In this document: in pieces, positions 1 through 8,441 of the stretch
Numbering within the stretch: the first letter of the stretch is position 1
Layout: every line of letters starts with the position of its first letter
Origin: Methanobacteriota archaeon
GTDB taxonomy: Archaea > Thermoplasmatota > Poseidoniia > Poseidoniales > Thalassarchaeaceae
Direction of reading: 5' to 3'
DNA: 44,352 bases
Assembly: GCA_002708385.1 (NCBI GenBank)
Contig: PANM01000004.1
Span: 1-44,352 of the forward strand
The notes under the pieces: model-generated
The model's database searches: none
What the model was told of the DNA's origin: nothing
What the model saw: only the letters and a program-made list of their open reading frames with translations
Translations under genes and position numbers: made by a program

Positions 1-140
1 GGCGGAGCGTTCTCGACCACTTCCCCCTGTATGTGCCCATACAAGGGTGCACCAAAAGCAGGCGTGCGACCTACCTTCCGTATATGAACGATGCGGGTCT
101 CTCCAATGGGGGTCAGAACGCGTCATAGAGAGCCGAAATT
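1..140 (-). ncRNA. Candidate structured RNA with a core of about 115 nt at 7..121, possibly 5S-rRNA-like. Identity and strand are uncertain.
   Basis: By hand count, G+C is 70/120 (58%) for nt 1-120 versus 48/140 (34%) for nt 141-280. Nt 7-13 GCGTTCT plus 15-18 GACC are reverse-complementary to 111-114 GGTC plus 115-121 AGAACGC, giving an 11-bp closing stem with one bulge. There is an internal 9-bp hairpin at 25-47. Read on the minus strand, ACGGAAGGUAGG and a hairpin followed by GGGGGAAG sit where 5S has CGGAAGUUAAGC and GGGAA. I could not fold helices II/III cleanly. Confidence 0.3.
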
Positions 141-145
141 AGATA

Positions 146-592
146 CTATTCTGACTTGTCAACTATGTGTTCAATTCCAAATGGTAATTTTTGCTCAGTA
201 TTAATTTGTACCTTATTCCCATTTTCTAGCAAATTTGGGGTTTTTTCCATAGGGATATGATGTATTCCGAAGGGAAGGTGAACTGATTTATATGACACTT
301 CTAATTCGTTTTGTGAACCTTCAACTGGCTCTAAATTGTCAGGTAATTGTTCAACCGTTTCAACTTCTTCTTCCAAAGCCGAGGAAGTATTTTTGATTTC
401 AATTGGAGACTTTTCGATCCCGAAGGGCAATTTTTCCTCGGATAATTCTTTCTTACCGCCAAGTCCAAATGGTAAATCAACTGGATTTGTTTTAGAAGTA
501 TGATAGTCATTTATTGACTTTTGATCGCTGCCGCAGAGTGAGCAATAACTTGCATCGGAGAGAACCATGTGGCAAACCGAACAAGTCAGCAC
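146..592 (-). CDS. Small protein with an N-terminal zinc ribbon and four LPFG motifs in an acidic, probably disordered tail
   Basis: The ORF has a GTG start. The N-terminus has CSVC...CSLC (a four-Cys ribbon). LPFG motifs occur at aa 40-43, 55-58, 106-109 and 136-139, three of them in the context K/H-LPFGI-E/H. I recognise no family. Confidence 0.6.
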   Translation of the reverse strand: MLTCSVCHMVLSDASYCSLCGSDQKSINDYHTSKTNPVDLPFGLGGKKELSEEKLPFGIEKSPIEIKNTSSALEEEVETVEQLPDNLEPVEGSQNELEVSYKSVHLPFGIHHIPMEKTPNLLENGNKVQINTEQKLPFGIEHIVDKSE

Positions 593-644
593 GAGTATTC
601 TCTGTACTACTACGGTTTGATACTATCGTAGCGAATTTTCCAAA

Positions 645-2255
645 TCATTCCAATTCGAAATCAGGAGGGCTGCTTGGAGTTGGACCATATATCATTGGAG
701 TTAGAGAAACTGATGCCAGCATCATAGCTGCTATGATCGCCATAGGAATTATATCATTGGACCATTCTATTGCATACCTTACTAAACAATAAGCGGTGGC
801 CAGAGTTACAGTGAGTATCATAATTGGGAAGCCAGTCTTGAAGAATCGATTGAAGGAAATGTCGTAACCGGCTTCTTCTGCCAAACCCGCTGCTACAACA
901 TTCGCAGAAGCTCCGATTATTGTACCATTACCACCAAGACAGGCGCCAAGCGCTAAGGCCCAAGCTAGTGGACCTAAAGCTAAGCCTAGTTCTGGATCTG
1001 AAGCCAATTCAATTACGACTGGAACCATAGTGGCAGTGTAAGGGATATTATCGATAAATGCAGAGGCTATTGCAGATACCCAAAGCAATAGCAGCACTGC
1101 TACCATCAATCGGTTACTCTCATCAGCCTGAGAAATTGTATCTGATATTCCATCCGCAATAGCGTTGATTAGACCCATATATTCTAACCCGTGAATCATT
1201 ATGAATAGACCAGCGAAAAATATGATTGTTGTCCATTCGACGGCATCTAATTGCTCTTCAACATGATGTGGAGAAGTAACAAGTAGCATTAGCACAGCGC
1301 CACCCAAAGCTATAGTAGCCACCGTAAATATTGGGTGGTGAAAACTGGAGTGAGCGAAGAAGGCAAATATTACCAAAGCCAGAATAGCACCTGATTTCTT
1401 CAACAATTCTTTATCCTTAATCCCATACCTAATTTTGAGAAGTTCCACATTACGATGTCTTTCCCCAGATAGACCATCCATCTCCAGCTTCTTCAATAGC
1501 CAAAACGAGGGAGCCATACAGATTACTACGGCCGGACCAATATGAATAATGAAGTCAATGAAAGATATTCCTTGGTCTGCTAACATATCATTAGAGGAGA
1601 GTGCTTGTGGTGAAAGTTGAGCGCCGATAATAATGTTTGGAGGGTCGCCAATTTGGGTTGCGGCTCCGCCAATATTTGAGAACATAACCTCGGCAATAAT
1701 TAGCGGAATTGGCTCTAAACCTAATACACGGGCAATTTGTATAGTAACTGGGACAATCAATAGTATCGTAGTGACGTTATCCAAAAAAGCAGAGAATACT
1801 GCTGTGATCGTACACAGAATAATCGAAAGTCGCCAAATCGAACCACCACTCATTGCATATGCCTGTACGGCAGCCCATTCGAAAACTCCTGTTTTGCCAA
1901 GAATATCTACGATCACCATCATACCGATTAACAACCCGAGCGTCTCCTCATCAATCCAGGTCACGATTGTCCCTAAATCTGGACCTGATCCCGGGATCGC
2001 ATGAAGGGTAATCACTACCACTACCCCGCCAATCGCGGCAGCTAGTGCTCTGTGGACTAGTTCGAAAATAATCAAAGCATAGACACCTAGCAAAATTGCA
2101 AAGGCTGCAGGAACAGCCCAACTAGGCATATCTGGAGCCTCCCACACTCCACTACTGGAAGATGCTGCCATGACACTAGGCATAGAAATTGTAGTCAAAA
2201 ACAGGGAGAGAATTAGCCTTTGGCAGATTCCCGTTGCGTTCAATGCCTTGCTCAT
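645..2255 (-). CDS. Polytopic ion-transporter-superfamily permease (ArsB/NhaD/CitMHS-like)
   Basis: The 536-aa protein is highly hydrophobic with many predicted TM segments. The motif QIGDPPNIIIG is typical of ArsB/NhaD-type permeases. The N-terminus looks like a signal peptide. The plus-strand ORFs 514..792 and 1633..2004 are antisense shadows of this gene. Confidence 0.7.
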   Translation of the reverse strand: MSKALNATGICQRLILSLFLTTISMPSVMAASSSSGVWEAPDMPSWAVPAAFAILLGVYALIIFELVHRALAAAIGGVVVVITLHAIPGSGPDLGTIVTWIDEETLGLLIGMMVIVDILGKTGVFEWAAVQAYAMSGGSIWRLSIILCTITAVFSAFLDNVTTILLIVPVTIQIARVLGLEPIPLIIAEVMFSNIGGAATQIGDPPNIIIGAQLSPQALSSNDMLADQGISFIDFIIHIGPAVVICMAPSFWLLKKLEMDGLSGERHRNVELLKIRYGIKDKELLKKSGAILALVIFAFFAHSSFHHPIFTVATIALGGAVLMLLVTSPHHVEEQLDAVEWTTIIFFAGLFIMIHGLEYMGLINAIADGISDTISQADESNRLMVAVLLLLWVSAIASAFIDNIPYTATMVPVVIELASDPELGLALGPLAWALALGACLGGNGTIIGASANVVAAGLAEEAGYDISFNRFFKTGFPIMILTVTLATAYCLVRYAIEWSNDIIPMAIIAAMMLASVSLTPMIYGPTPSSPPDFELE

Positions 2256-2296
2256 AGTTTAACCCCATGTAGATTAGCATATAGATAATGCTAACT

Positions 2297-2566
2297 TCAA
2301 GGTTTCCAAAATACTGCTACATTACCTCTTTGAAAAACTAGATTTGAGTCAGTTCGTTGTGCTAATTCAGAGAATAGATTGGTTCTATTCGTTGCATCTT
2401 CTACAATTCCTTTGTTTGCTTTTATCTTGACCAATTTTCGTTTGTTCAACTGGTCGACGAGTTCCTCGACGATAGCATTGGTAAGTCCATTCCTGCCAAC
2501 CCTTACGGAAACTACGAGTTCTCTATCATTGGCCATCCGTTTTATGTGATTAGGTACAGACGTCAT
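2297..2566 (-). CDS. YhbY/CRS1 (CRM-domain) RNA-binding protein
   Basis: The 89-aa protein has a VGRNGLTNAIVEEL...LVKIK core like the YhbY family. An SD (AGGTGGA, 2573..2579) lies 6 nt upstream of the ATG. Its start is 2 nt from the stop of the upstream gene. Confidence 0.75.
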   Translation of the reverse strand: MTSVPNHIKRMANDRELVVSVRVGRNGLTNAIVEELVDQLNKRKLVKIKANKGIVEDATNRTNLFSELAQRTDSNLVFQRGNVAVFWKP

Positions 2567-2568
2567 AA

Positions 2569-2883
2569 TTATTCCACCTTGTTGATTTTATTGCGATGAA
2601 CTCTCCCACAATTCAAGCAGGTTAGCCTTCGAATCCCATCTTGAATTCTGACCCTAGCATTTTCTCCAGGCCTAAGCACAGTATTGCACGATCTGCAAAT
2701 TAAATCTCGAACGTGACTTTCTGCCCTTACACCGTGCCTCTTGGATACCCGAAGCAAATCTCTAGCCGCCAAGTTGGAAATTTCCTTGTCCGATTGCAAA
2801 ATTAATTCAGACAGGTGCTGGATGGATTCTTCGGCTTTCTTCTTCCTATTTTTGGAGTCTCGGCCTCTTCTACGACCTGACAT
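2569..2883 (-). CDS. rnp4: RNase P protein component 4 (Rpp21/Rpr2 family)
   Basis: The basic N-terminal helix and the C-terminal zinc ribbon CRSC...CLNCG are typical of archaeal Rpp21. I prefer the ATG at 2883 (MSGRRRG...) because GAGGTG (2889..2894) lies 5 nt upstream. The track's GTG at 2889 lies inside that SD. Confidence 0.8.
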   Translation of the reverse strand: MSGRRRGRDSKNRKKKAEESIQHLSELILQSDKEISNLAARDLLRVSKRHGVRAESHVRDLICRSCNTVLRPGENARVRIQDGIRRLTCLNCGRVHRNKINKVE

Positions 2884-2892
2884 AAACACACC

Positions 2893-3519
2893 TCATAAAA
2901 TTCTAGAGACTGCTGCTTCCACTGAATCTCCGACCTGGTTAATTGATGCGTTCCCATCTATTCTGATTAGTAATCCTCGCTCTAAGTACCAATCCGCAAG
3001 AGGAGCGGTCTGCGCATGATAAGCCTCCAATCTAGACCTGACAGTTTCTTCAGTATCATCTGGTCTTTGGATTAAGCGATCCGATATCTCGGCAGGGGCG
3101 GGATTGAATATGACGTGGTATATATCTCCAGTTTCTGAATCCATTCTCCTTCCAATAATTCTTTCCACGATTGCATCATCCGGAACCTCTATCGAAATAA
3201 CAGAAGATACTGTGGCTATCTTATCGAGGGATTCCGCTTGTGGAATGGTCCGAGGGAAACCATCGAAAAGTACTCCTTGGTTAGCATCATCATCTTGCAA
3301 TCGTTCTTGAATTAAACCAATAATAACTTCATCGGGCACCAACAATCCTGCGTCCATATATTTCTTGGCTGCCATCCCCATTGGAGACCCTATCTTTACG
3401 GCTGCCCGCAACATATCACCTGTGGAGACTTGGGGCTTACCAGTAAGTTCCACTATCTTACCCGCTTGTGTTCCCTTTCCAGCACCGGGTGGCCCAAAGA
3501 GTACTATTGACCCTGTCAT
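2893..3519 (-). CDS. adk: Adenylate kinase (bacterial-type, no zinc in the lid)
   Basis: P-loop GPPGAGKGTQA is present, along with the STGDMLRA and GFPRT motifs and a lid segment lacking Cys. The 208-aa length is typical. Confidence 0.92.
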   Translation of the reverse strand: MTGSIVLFGPPGAGKGTQAGKIVELTGKPQVSTGDMLRAAVKIGSPMGMAAKKYMDAGLLVPDEVIIGLIQERLQDDDANQGVLFDGFPRTIPQAESLDKIATVSSVISIEVPDDAIVERIIGRRMDSETGDIYHVIFNPAPAEISDRLIQRPDDTEETVRSRLEAYHAQTAPLADWYLERGLLIRIDGNASINQVGDSVEAAVSRIL

Positions 3520-3566
3520 CGGCTTCGCCAGCCACTTCGTGGTCTTAAGTCAGTGCCTGAGTGCAA

Positions 3567-6500
3567 TCAGGTATTCTGCTCATACCAGAGGTGGCCGTAA
3601 GCAACCCATTGGTCCATCGTCCACCCTTCAGGTAATCCACCGGGAGGAAGAGGCATTGCACCAGGAGGCACAGGCACTGGAGGAGGTAGAGTTGGTGCAG
3701 AAGAAGAAATCACATCTGAAATTTCGTCAGCGCTGACGGATTTACTTAGCACTTCACCTGCTGAGCCTGTTTCTAGAGCCATAGATCGCCTTTCTGTTTG
3801 AGAACCTGAGTTTAGGGCAGAACCAATCGGGATTAATTCCTCATCCGGACTCATAACTAGTAGAGACTCTTTGCGCATTCTAACTAAGGCAACTGAAATA
3901 AGTGTAAGAATTAACAGGAAAATAACTGCCAATGTCCAACTTGGCAAACCAGTAGATTCAATCAAACATCCAACTCCACTACATGTGTCTTGCCTCAACC
4001 TAGAAACTTGCAGATCGATTTCAGAATTGGTCAATGTATTTATTTCTCCTTCATCTGTAGAGTTTGCCCAAACAACAAAACTTGAAAGACCAGGAGTGGC
4101 TGCTTTATTCGGAGATACTTGGATTGTAAATTCTAATGTTTCACCGACCTCGATGCTTTCAATAATCGGAGTATTTATCTCGATATCCCAATTTTCTAAC
4201 GGGCTGGCTTCAAGGGTAAATCCTGAATCTTGGTTTCCGAGATTAGTTACTGAGATTGTAAAGATTTCAAACGAACTCGGATTAATATCTCTGATTACAG
4301 GCGATTCTGTGAACAAAGACACAAAGATCGAAGGGCTTACCTCAACACTAAATTCGAAGGTGTGAGTTATGATTTCTAAACCGGGGGTAACCGCTTCAAC
4401 GATTACTGGAACGGTGACGTCAGTCATTCCAACGGGTATATTGCCGGAAACTTCCACCCCAACTATCACATTTGCTTCTCTATTCATATCCAAGGTTGCT
4501 GGGACTATAGATTGGAAACCGGCTACCCAGCCTAATGGCAGGCTGCCTATACTCCATGTAGTTGTCAAAGGCACATTTCCTGAATTTTTTACCCATAATT
4601 CCCCAGTGCCGATTTGCCCTAAGGGCAGTTTAATCATCCCGTTTTCTGATGTTTCGATAGTAGCAATTTCTTGAACAACGAAGCGAGTGCCATTGACTAC
4701 TACATCTCCATCGAATAATGAAGTCATCAATGTCAAGGTATTCCTTGTGTTCATTCCGGCATTTTGAGGAACCAACAATTCAATAGAAATAGTTGCTATT
4801 TCGCCTGCATTTATTGAAAATAGTAAGTCCCCAGAAGTTCTTTGTTCTTCATCTACTAACTCGGCCTGCCAAGAAGAAAGTGAAGAACTTACTGACATTG
4901 TAAAATCCATTGGAACATTGCCTTCGTTTGTCACAATAACTCTTGTTATGGATAAGTTGCCGTTTAACACAGGCCTATCGTTTGCAAGTGCTAAAGCACC
5001 CAAAACATTGTTTCCATCGTCAAATAAATCGACACTGAAATCAAGACTCTCGAAAACTGTCAGTACGGCCATATCGGATTTTGTAATTGTTGAGTCTTGC
5101 ACAGAAGTAGTAACGCATGTGACATCTTCAGAAACTCCTGCTGCGGGTTGCCCTCCGAATACATCAGGGACCCTAACGTTAATTGGTAACGGAAGAAATT
5201 GAAGCCTACTTAGAGGGTCTAAAATTAACGAAGAAGAACCACTTCCAGCAATGTCGATCAACCACTGGTTTGCGCTGGTGCAAGAGACTGCATATTGTGT
5301 ATCACCGTTACCGATGTTTTTTATCGAAAGGGAAAAAGTCGCAACATGCCCCGGCTTAGCTCCAAGGTCATCCCCAGTACCGGCAAGAATTGTTAGAAGC
5401 CCTTCTACTCTTTCCACTACTGAGGTGATTCTAATTTTGTGAGATACAGTGGGAGAGTCTCTATCGAATAAAATTAGGTCATTGACAAAATTACCTGGTA
5501 AAGCATACCTGGCACCCGTTGCGTCATCAATATCTGCATCTACGTCTTCTAGTGTCAATGTAACAATCCTGTGGTCACCATCCTCTCCCATGGCTGCTAG
5601 ATCCCAAGGACCTGTTTCATTGAGTAATTTCCACCACTCATCATTAGGAGATTGTAGAATTCCATTTTCGTCAATTGCTTGGAGAGGAGTTACTGTTAAC
5701 CCAACTGAAATCGCCGAGGTCCCTTCGTTTTGTAGCATAAATTCGTAGGATAGCACACTACCTTCTCTAGGATCAAGAGTTTTTGTGAGAGCAGCTTCTA
5801 ATTGAGAAGGAGTTGTTGGCAAGGTTCGATCTTCGAGAAGAGGAGTTATGCGGACGCCGATTTGGGATATTTCAACCGTAAGTTGGTAGATATTATTGTT
5901 GATGCCATTATCTTCGTCATTCAATTCTTCAACAGAATTTAAAGTATCTAGACGTAATTCCAAAACATGGTCTCCAGTTGTTTGGAAAACATGGGGAAAA
6001 GAAAGCGATTTTGTTTCCCCTCCGCTCAATGAGGACATTTCTTGAGAAAAGAGAATTTGTCCCTCGGTTAAATCCTCAATTTCAACTACATACCCCCCAC
6101 TGTTTTGAGCGGCTTGGTTCCTCCAAACCGCTTCAACTAGGACTGTGTCTCCTTGTAATGGAGCCAGTACAGAAGTGCTCAATGAACCTTCGATAACTGT
6201 TAAATCAGATACGAAATCCTCTTCCAAAATACCAGTTGCAACCAACGCAAAACTCTGTGTGTTACCACCAGCATGACCCACCGATATTGTCCAAATACCA
6301 CCATTACCTGATGGAATCTTGACTCTTTCAATATTGTTTAATCGGTCAGGAAGACCGCCGTAAATTGAATAACCATTAGAAAAAACATTCCCGTGAAATT
6401 GAGTCCCATCTGGAGAAATAGCAATCAAGTCAAGGTCATTAACTAACTTTCTAGAACTTTGGTTTGCAATTATTGATGCTTCAGAGTCTACCCATGCCAA

Positions 6501-8372
6501 AGTTAAGTCAAATTCAGTTGTATCGTCAACAGATATGGTATAAACGAAACTATGAGAAGGATTTAGGGTTCTAGAGTCATCGAAAAGTAAATCCAAATTG
6601 GTTCCATCTTCAGTTGGTGAAATAGAATTTTCAATATTGATTTGACCCCAACCCTCTGATGGATTTGGAATATCAGGGGAACCAATATCATCGGCTCCAT
6701 TTATCATCACAGCTTTGATTAAATCTGATCTAGGTTCATTTATTCCAGAATCTACTCTGAGGTGTTGTCTAATCATTGCGGCCCCACCTGCGGCAACCGC
6801 GGTTGCCATTGAGGAGCCGTTCAAAGACATGTAGAGAGGTGTGCTACCATCTGAATGAGTTGAGGCACTGCATGATTCACCTTGTGGGCTATTTGCCTCT
6901 TCAGCTCGAGCAGAACAAATCATCACCCCAGGCGCCACTAAATCTGGTTTTATCCTCCCATCTAAAGTGGCTCCAACAGAAGAAAATGAAGGGACGTTAC
7001 CAATAGCTTCACTACCCTGAGCACCAGTTGTCGATGCTCCGACCGTAAGTACATTCTTGGAAGAGCCCGGTGGCGTCACACTATTGCTACCATCCTCTCC
7101 CAAATCCCCTGAAGAAAAGAGAACTAAAAATCTAGGATTATCAACGATAAACGCATCAGCAGAGCGGGAATCCGAACTATATTCACCAACTAAGTTTTCG
7201 TTACCCCAAGAGTTTGTTTGTATTCTCGCAGAGTTATCCCAGGCGTGAGTGAACATTTCGTAGAGAGAACCCCATCTCGCAAGTATTCCAGAAGAATCAA
7301 CTTCCAGTTGGTAGAAATGGAAAGTCGCTGCTGGCACCATACCTAAAGAATTAGAATCACCACTCCCATCACCCAGAAGAGTTGCAGTCACATGAGTCCC
7401 ATGACCTGAATTGGTGTCTTGGGCCGAATTATCTGGTCCAAATTGATTGTAAATTCCTCTAATCCTACCATCGAAGTCTCCATGGTCTGAATCTAATCCA
7501 GTATCAGAAATCGCAATAACCTCGCCGCTTCCATTGAGGATATTGCCAGAATTAATAAAGGCCTGGTTAATTCCTGAAATATCTCTGGCTACCGAATTAT
7601 GAATTGAAATTTGAGATGCGGGATGAATGTGTAGGATTCTCCCATCCATGGCAAGAATAGGTATCCAAATTGCATCAATGGATTTGACCTGACAGAGATG
7701 AGCGTCACAAATATCTCTTTCATGATGCTTAGTAGTAATTGATGCAAGATTTGATTGTAAATCAAATAAATCCTGATTGGATATATCTGGTGCAGGAGTT
7801 ATATCAAGGTCTACAATAATTGACTCCCTTCCAGCAATGGCAGATAAGTCATGGCTAATTCTCCAGGCAATTGGCAACTCCCCTACCCATCTTACTCCTG
7901 AGATTTGGCCCAAGTCAACAAGAGTTCTTTCGACATTAAATTGCATTGGAATTCGAATTAAGAATGTGTCATCAGGGATAGTTTCGATAACTATCATGCC
8001 AACTTCCTCTAAATCCTTCTTTAGCACGTTCAGATTTGCAGAATCTGATTGTACTATAGCGAATCTAGTTCTGTCCAATGAATGAACGTCATATACAGTT
8101 TCTGGGCCTAAAGGCATCGGATGAATCAATGGATCGAAAGAACCGTATGGGGAATGAATTAATCCGGTTGTTGTCCGGAGGTCAAACTCACCAGAATGAA
8201 CATTAGAAAATGGCTGGAATTTAACATAAGTCTGTTCTTCTGATAGATCATTCAATTCTTCTGAGAAACTTGTAATTGTTGCTGATGTGACTCCGATAGA
8301 CCAGCCGCTCATTAGGAACATGATCAATGTGATAATGACAACCCGGCGACCCGTCACGAGTTCTTCGGACAA
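3567..8372 (-). CDS. Giant secreted subtilisin-like (S8) serine protease with many CARDB/NEW3-like beta-sandwich domains, a C-terminal TM anchor and a Pro/Trp-rich cytoplasmic tail
   Basis: The N-terminus is a signal-like segment (RRVVIITLIMFLMSGWS). S8 triad contexts are AISDTGLD, HGTHVTATLLG and NGSSMATAVAAG. NxGN beta-sandwich modules recur (IKNIGNG, VTNEGNV, VKNSGNV, VTNLGNQ). The TM segment is WTLAVIFLLILTLISVALV. The tail is PPPVPVPPGAMPLPPGGLPEGWTMDQWVAYGHLWYEQNT. The start is either TTG at 8372 or GTG at 8357. Confidence 0.85.
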   Translation of the reverse strand: MSEELVTGRRVVIITLIMFLMSGWSIGVTSATITSFSEELNDLSEEQTYVKFQPFSNVHSGEFDLRTTTGLIHSPYGSFDPLIHPMPLGPETVYDVHSLDRTRFAIVQSDSANLNVLKKDLEEVGMIVIETIPDDTFLIRIPMQFNVERTLVDLGQISGVRWVGELPIAWRISHDLSAIAGRESIIVDLDITPAPDISNQDLFDLQSNLASITTKHHERDICDAHLCQVKSIDAIWIPILAMDGRILHIHPASQISIHNSVARDISGINQAFINSGNILNGSGEVIAISDTGLDSDHGDFDGRIRGIYNQFGPDNSAQDTNSGHGTHVTATLLGDGSGDSNSLGMVPAATFHFYQLEVDSSGILARWGSLYEMFTHAWDNSARIQTNSWGNENLVGEYSSDSRSADAFIVDNPRFLVLFSSGDLGEDGSNSVTPPGSSKNVLTVGASTTGAQGSEAIGNVPSFSSVGATLDGRIKPDLVAPGVMICSARAEEANSPQGESCSASTHSDGSTPLYMSLNGSSMATAVAAGGAAMIRQHLRVDSGINEPRSDLIKAVMINGADDIGSPDIPNPSEGWGQINIENSISPTEDGTNLDLLFDDSRTLNPSHSFVYTISVDDTTEFDLTLAWVDSEASIIANQSSRKLVNDLDLIAISPDGTQFHGNVFSNGYSIYGGLPDRLNNIERVKIPSGNGGIWTISVGHAGGNTQSFALVATGILEEDFVSDLTVIEGSLSTSVLAPLQGDTVLVEAVWRNQAAQNSGGYVVEIEDLTEGQILFSQEMSSLSGGETKSLSFPHVFQTTGDHVLELRLDTLNSVEELNDEDNGINNNIYQLTVEISQIGVRITPLLEDRTLPTTPSQLEAALTKTLDPREGSVLSYEFMLQNEGTSAISVGLTVTPLQAIDENGILQSPNDEWWKLLNETGPWDLAAMGEDGDHRIVTLTLEDVDADIDDATGARYALPGNFVNDLILFDRDSPTVSHKIRITSVVERVEGLLTILAGTGDDLGAKPGHVATFSLSIKNIGNGDTQYAVSCTSANQWLIDIAGSGSSSLILDPLSRLQFLPLPINVRVPDVFGGQPAAGVSEDVTCVTTSVQDSTITKSDMAVLTVFESLDFSVDLFDDGNNVLGALALANDRPVLNGNLSITRVIVTNEGNVPMDFTMSVSSSLSSWQAELVDEEQRTSGDLLFSINAGEIATISIELLVPQNAGMNTRNTLTLMTSLFDGDVVVNGTRFVVQEIATIETSENGMIKLPLGQIGTGELWVKNSGNVPLTTTWSIGSLPLGWVAGFQSIVPATLDMNREANVIVGVEVSGNIPVGMTDVTVPVIVEAVTPGLEIITHTFEFSVEVSPSIFVSLFTESPVIRDINPSSFEIFTISVTNLGNQDSGFTLEASPLENWDIEINTPIIESIEVGETLEFTIQVSPNKAATPGLSSFVVWANSTDEGEINTLTNSEIDLQVSRLRQDTCSGVGCLIESTGLPSWTLAVIFLLILTLISVALVRMRKESLLVMSPDEELIPIGSALNSGSQTERRSMALETGSAGEVLSKSVSADEISDVISSSAPTLPPPVPVPPGAMPLPPGGLPEGWTMDQWVAYGHLWYEQNT

Positions 8373-8398
8373 TTGTGGGCCTTTTGACCGTTCATGTT

Positions 8399-8417
8399 AA
8401 TTGACCTATGGTCAATT
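8399..8417. promoter_or_regulatory. Perfect 8-bp inverted repeat (AATTGACC tat GGTCAATT) in the gap / S8-protease intergenic region; operator or terminator candidate
   Basis: The repeat is visible directly in the sequence. A third TTGACC half-site lies at 8384..8389. GTTCATG/ATTCATG follows both the first and last half-sites. Confidence 0.3.
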
Positions 8418-8441
8418 CATGAATAATTGCAATCAAACGGA

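Noticed and set aside
1-126. A minus-strand frame open from the ATG at 126 to the window edge (MTRSDPHWRDPHRSYTEGRSHACFWCTLVW...). It could be the N-terminus of a gene continuing leftwards.
   Set aside because: Its composition is Arg/His/Trp/Cys-rich. Its 58% G+C is very unlike every confident CDS in this AT-rich window. Strong self-complementarity fits a structured RNA better. This is not fully excluded.
514-2004. Plus-strand ORFs 514..792 and 1633..2004.
   Set aside because: They lie antisense to the confident permease gene, have low-complexity shadow-like composition and carry no motifs.
3871-8085. A series of plus-strand ORFs of 63-164 aa (for example 3871..4365, 4369..4674 and 7777..8085).
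   Set aside because: All lie antisense within the 4.8-kb S8 protease gene. They are Ser/Thr/Pro-rich shadow frames produced by its codon bias.
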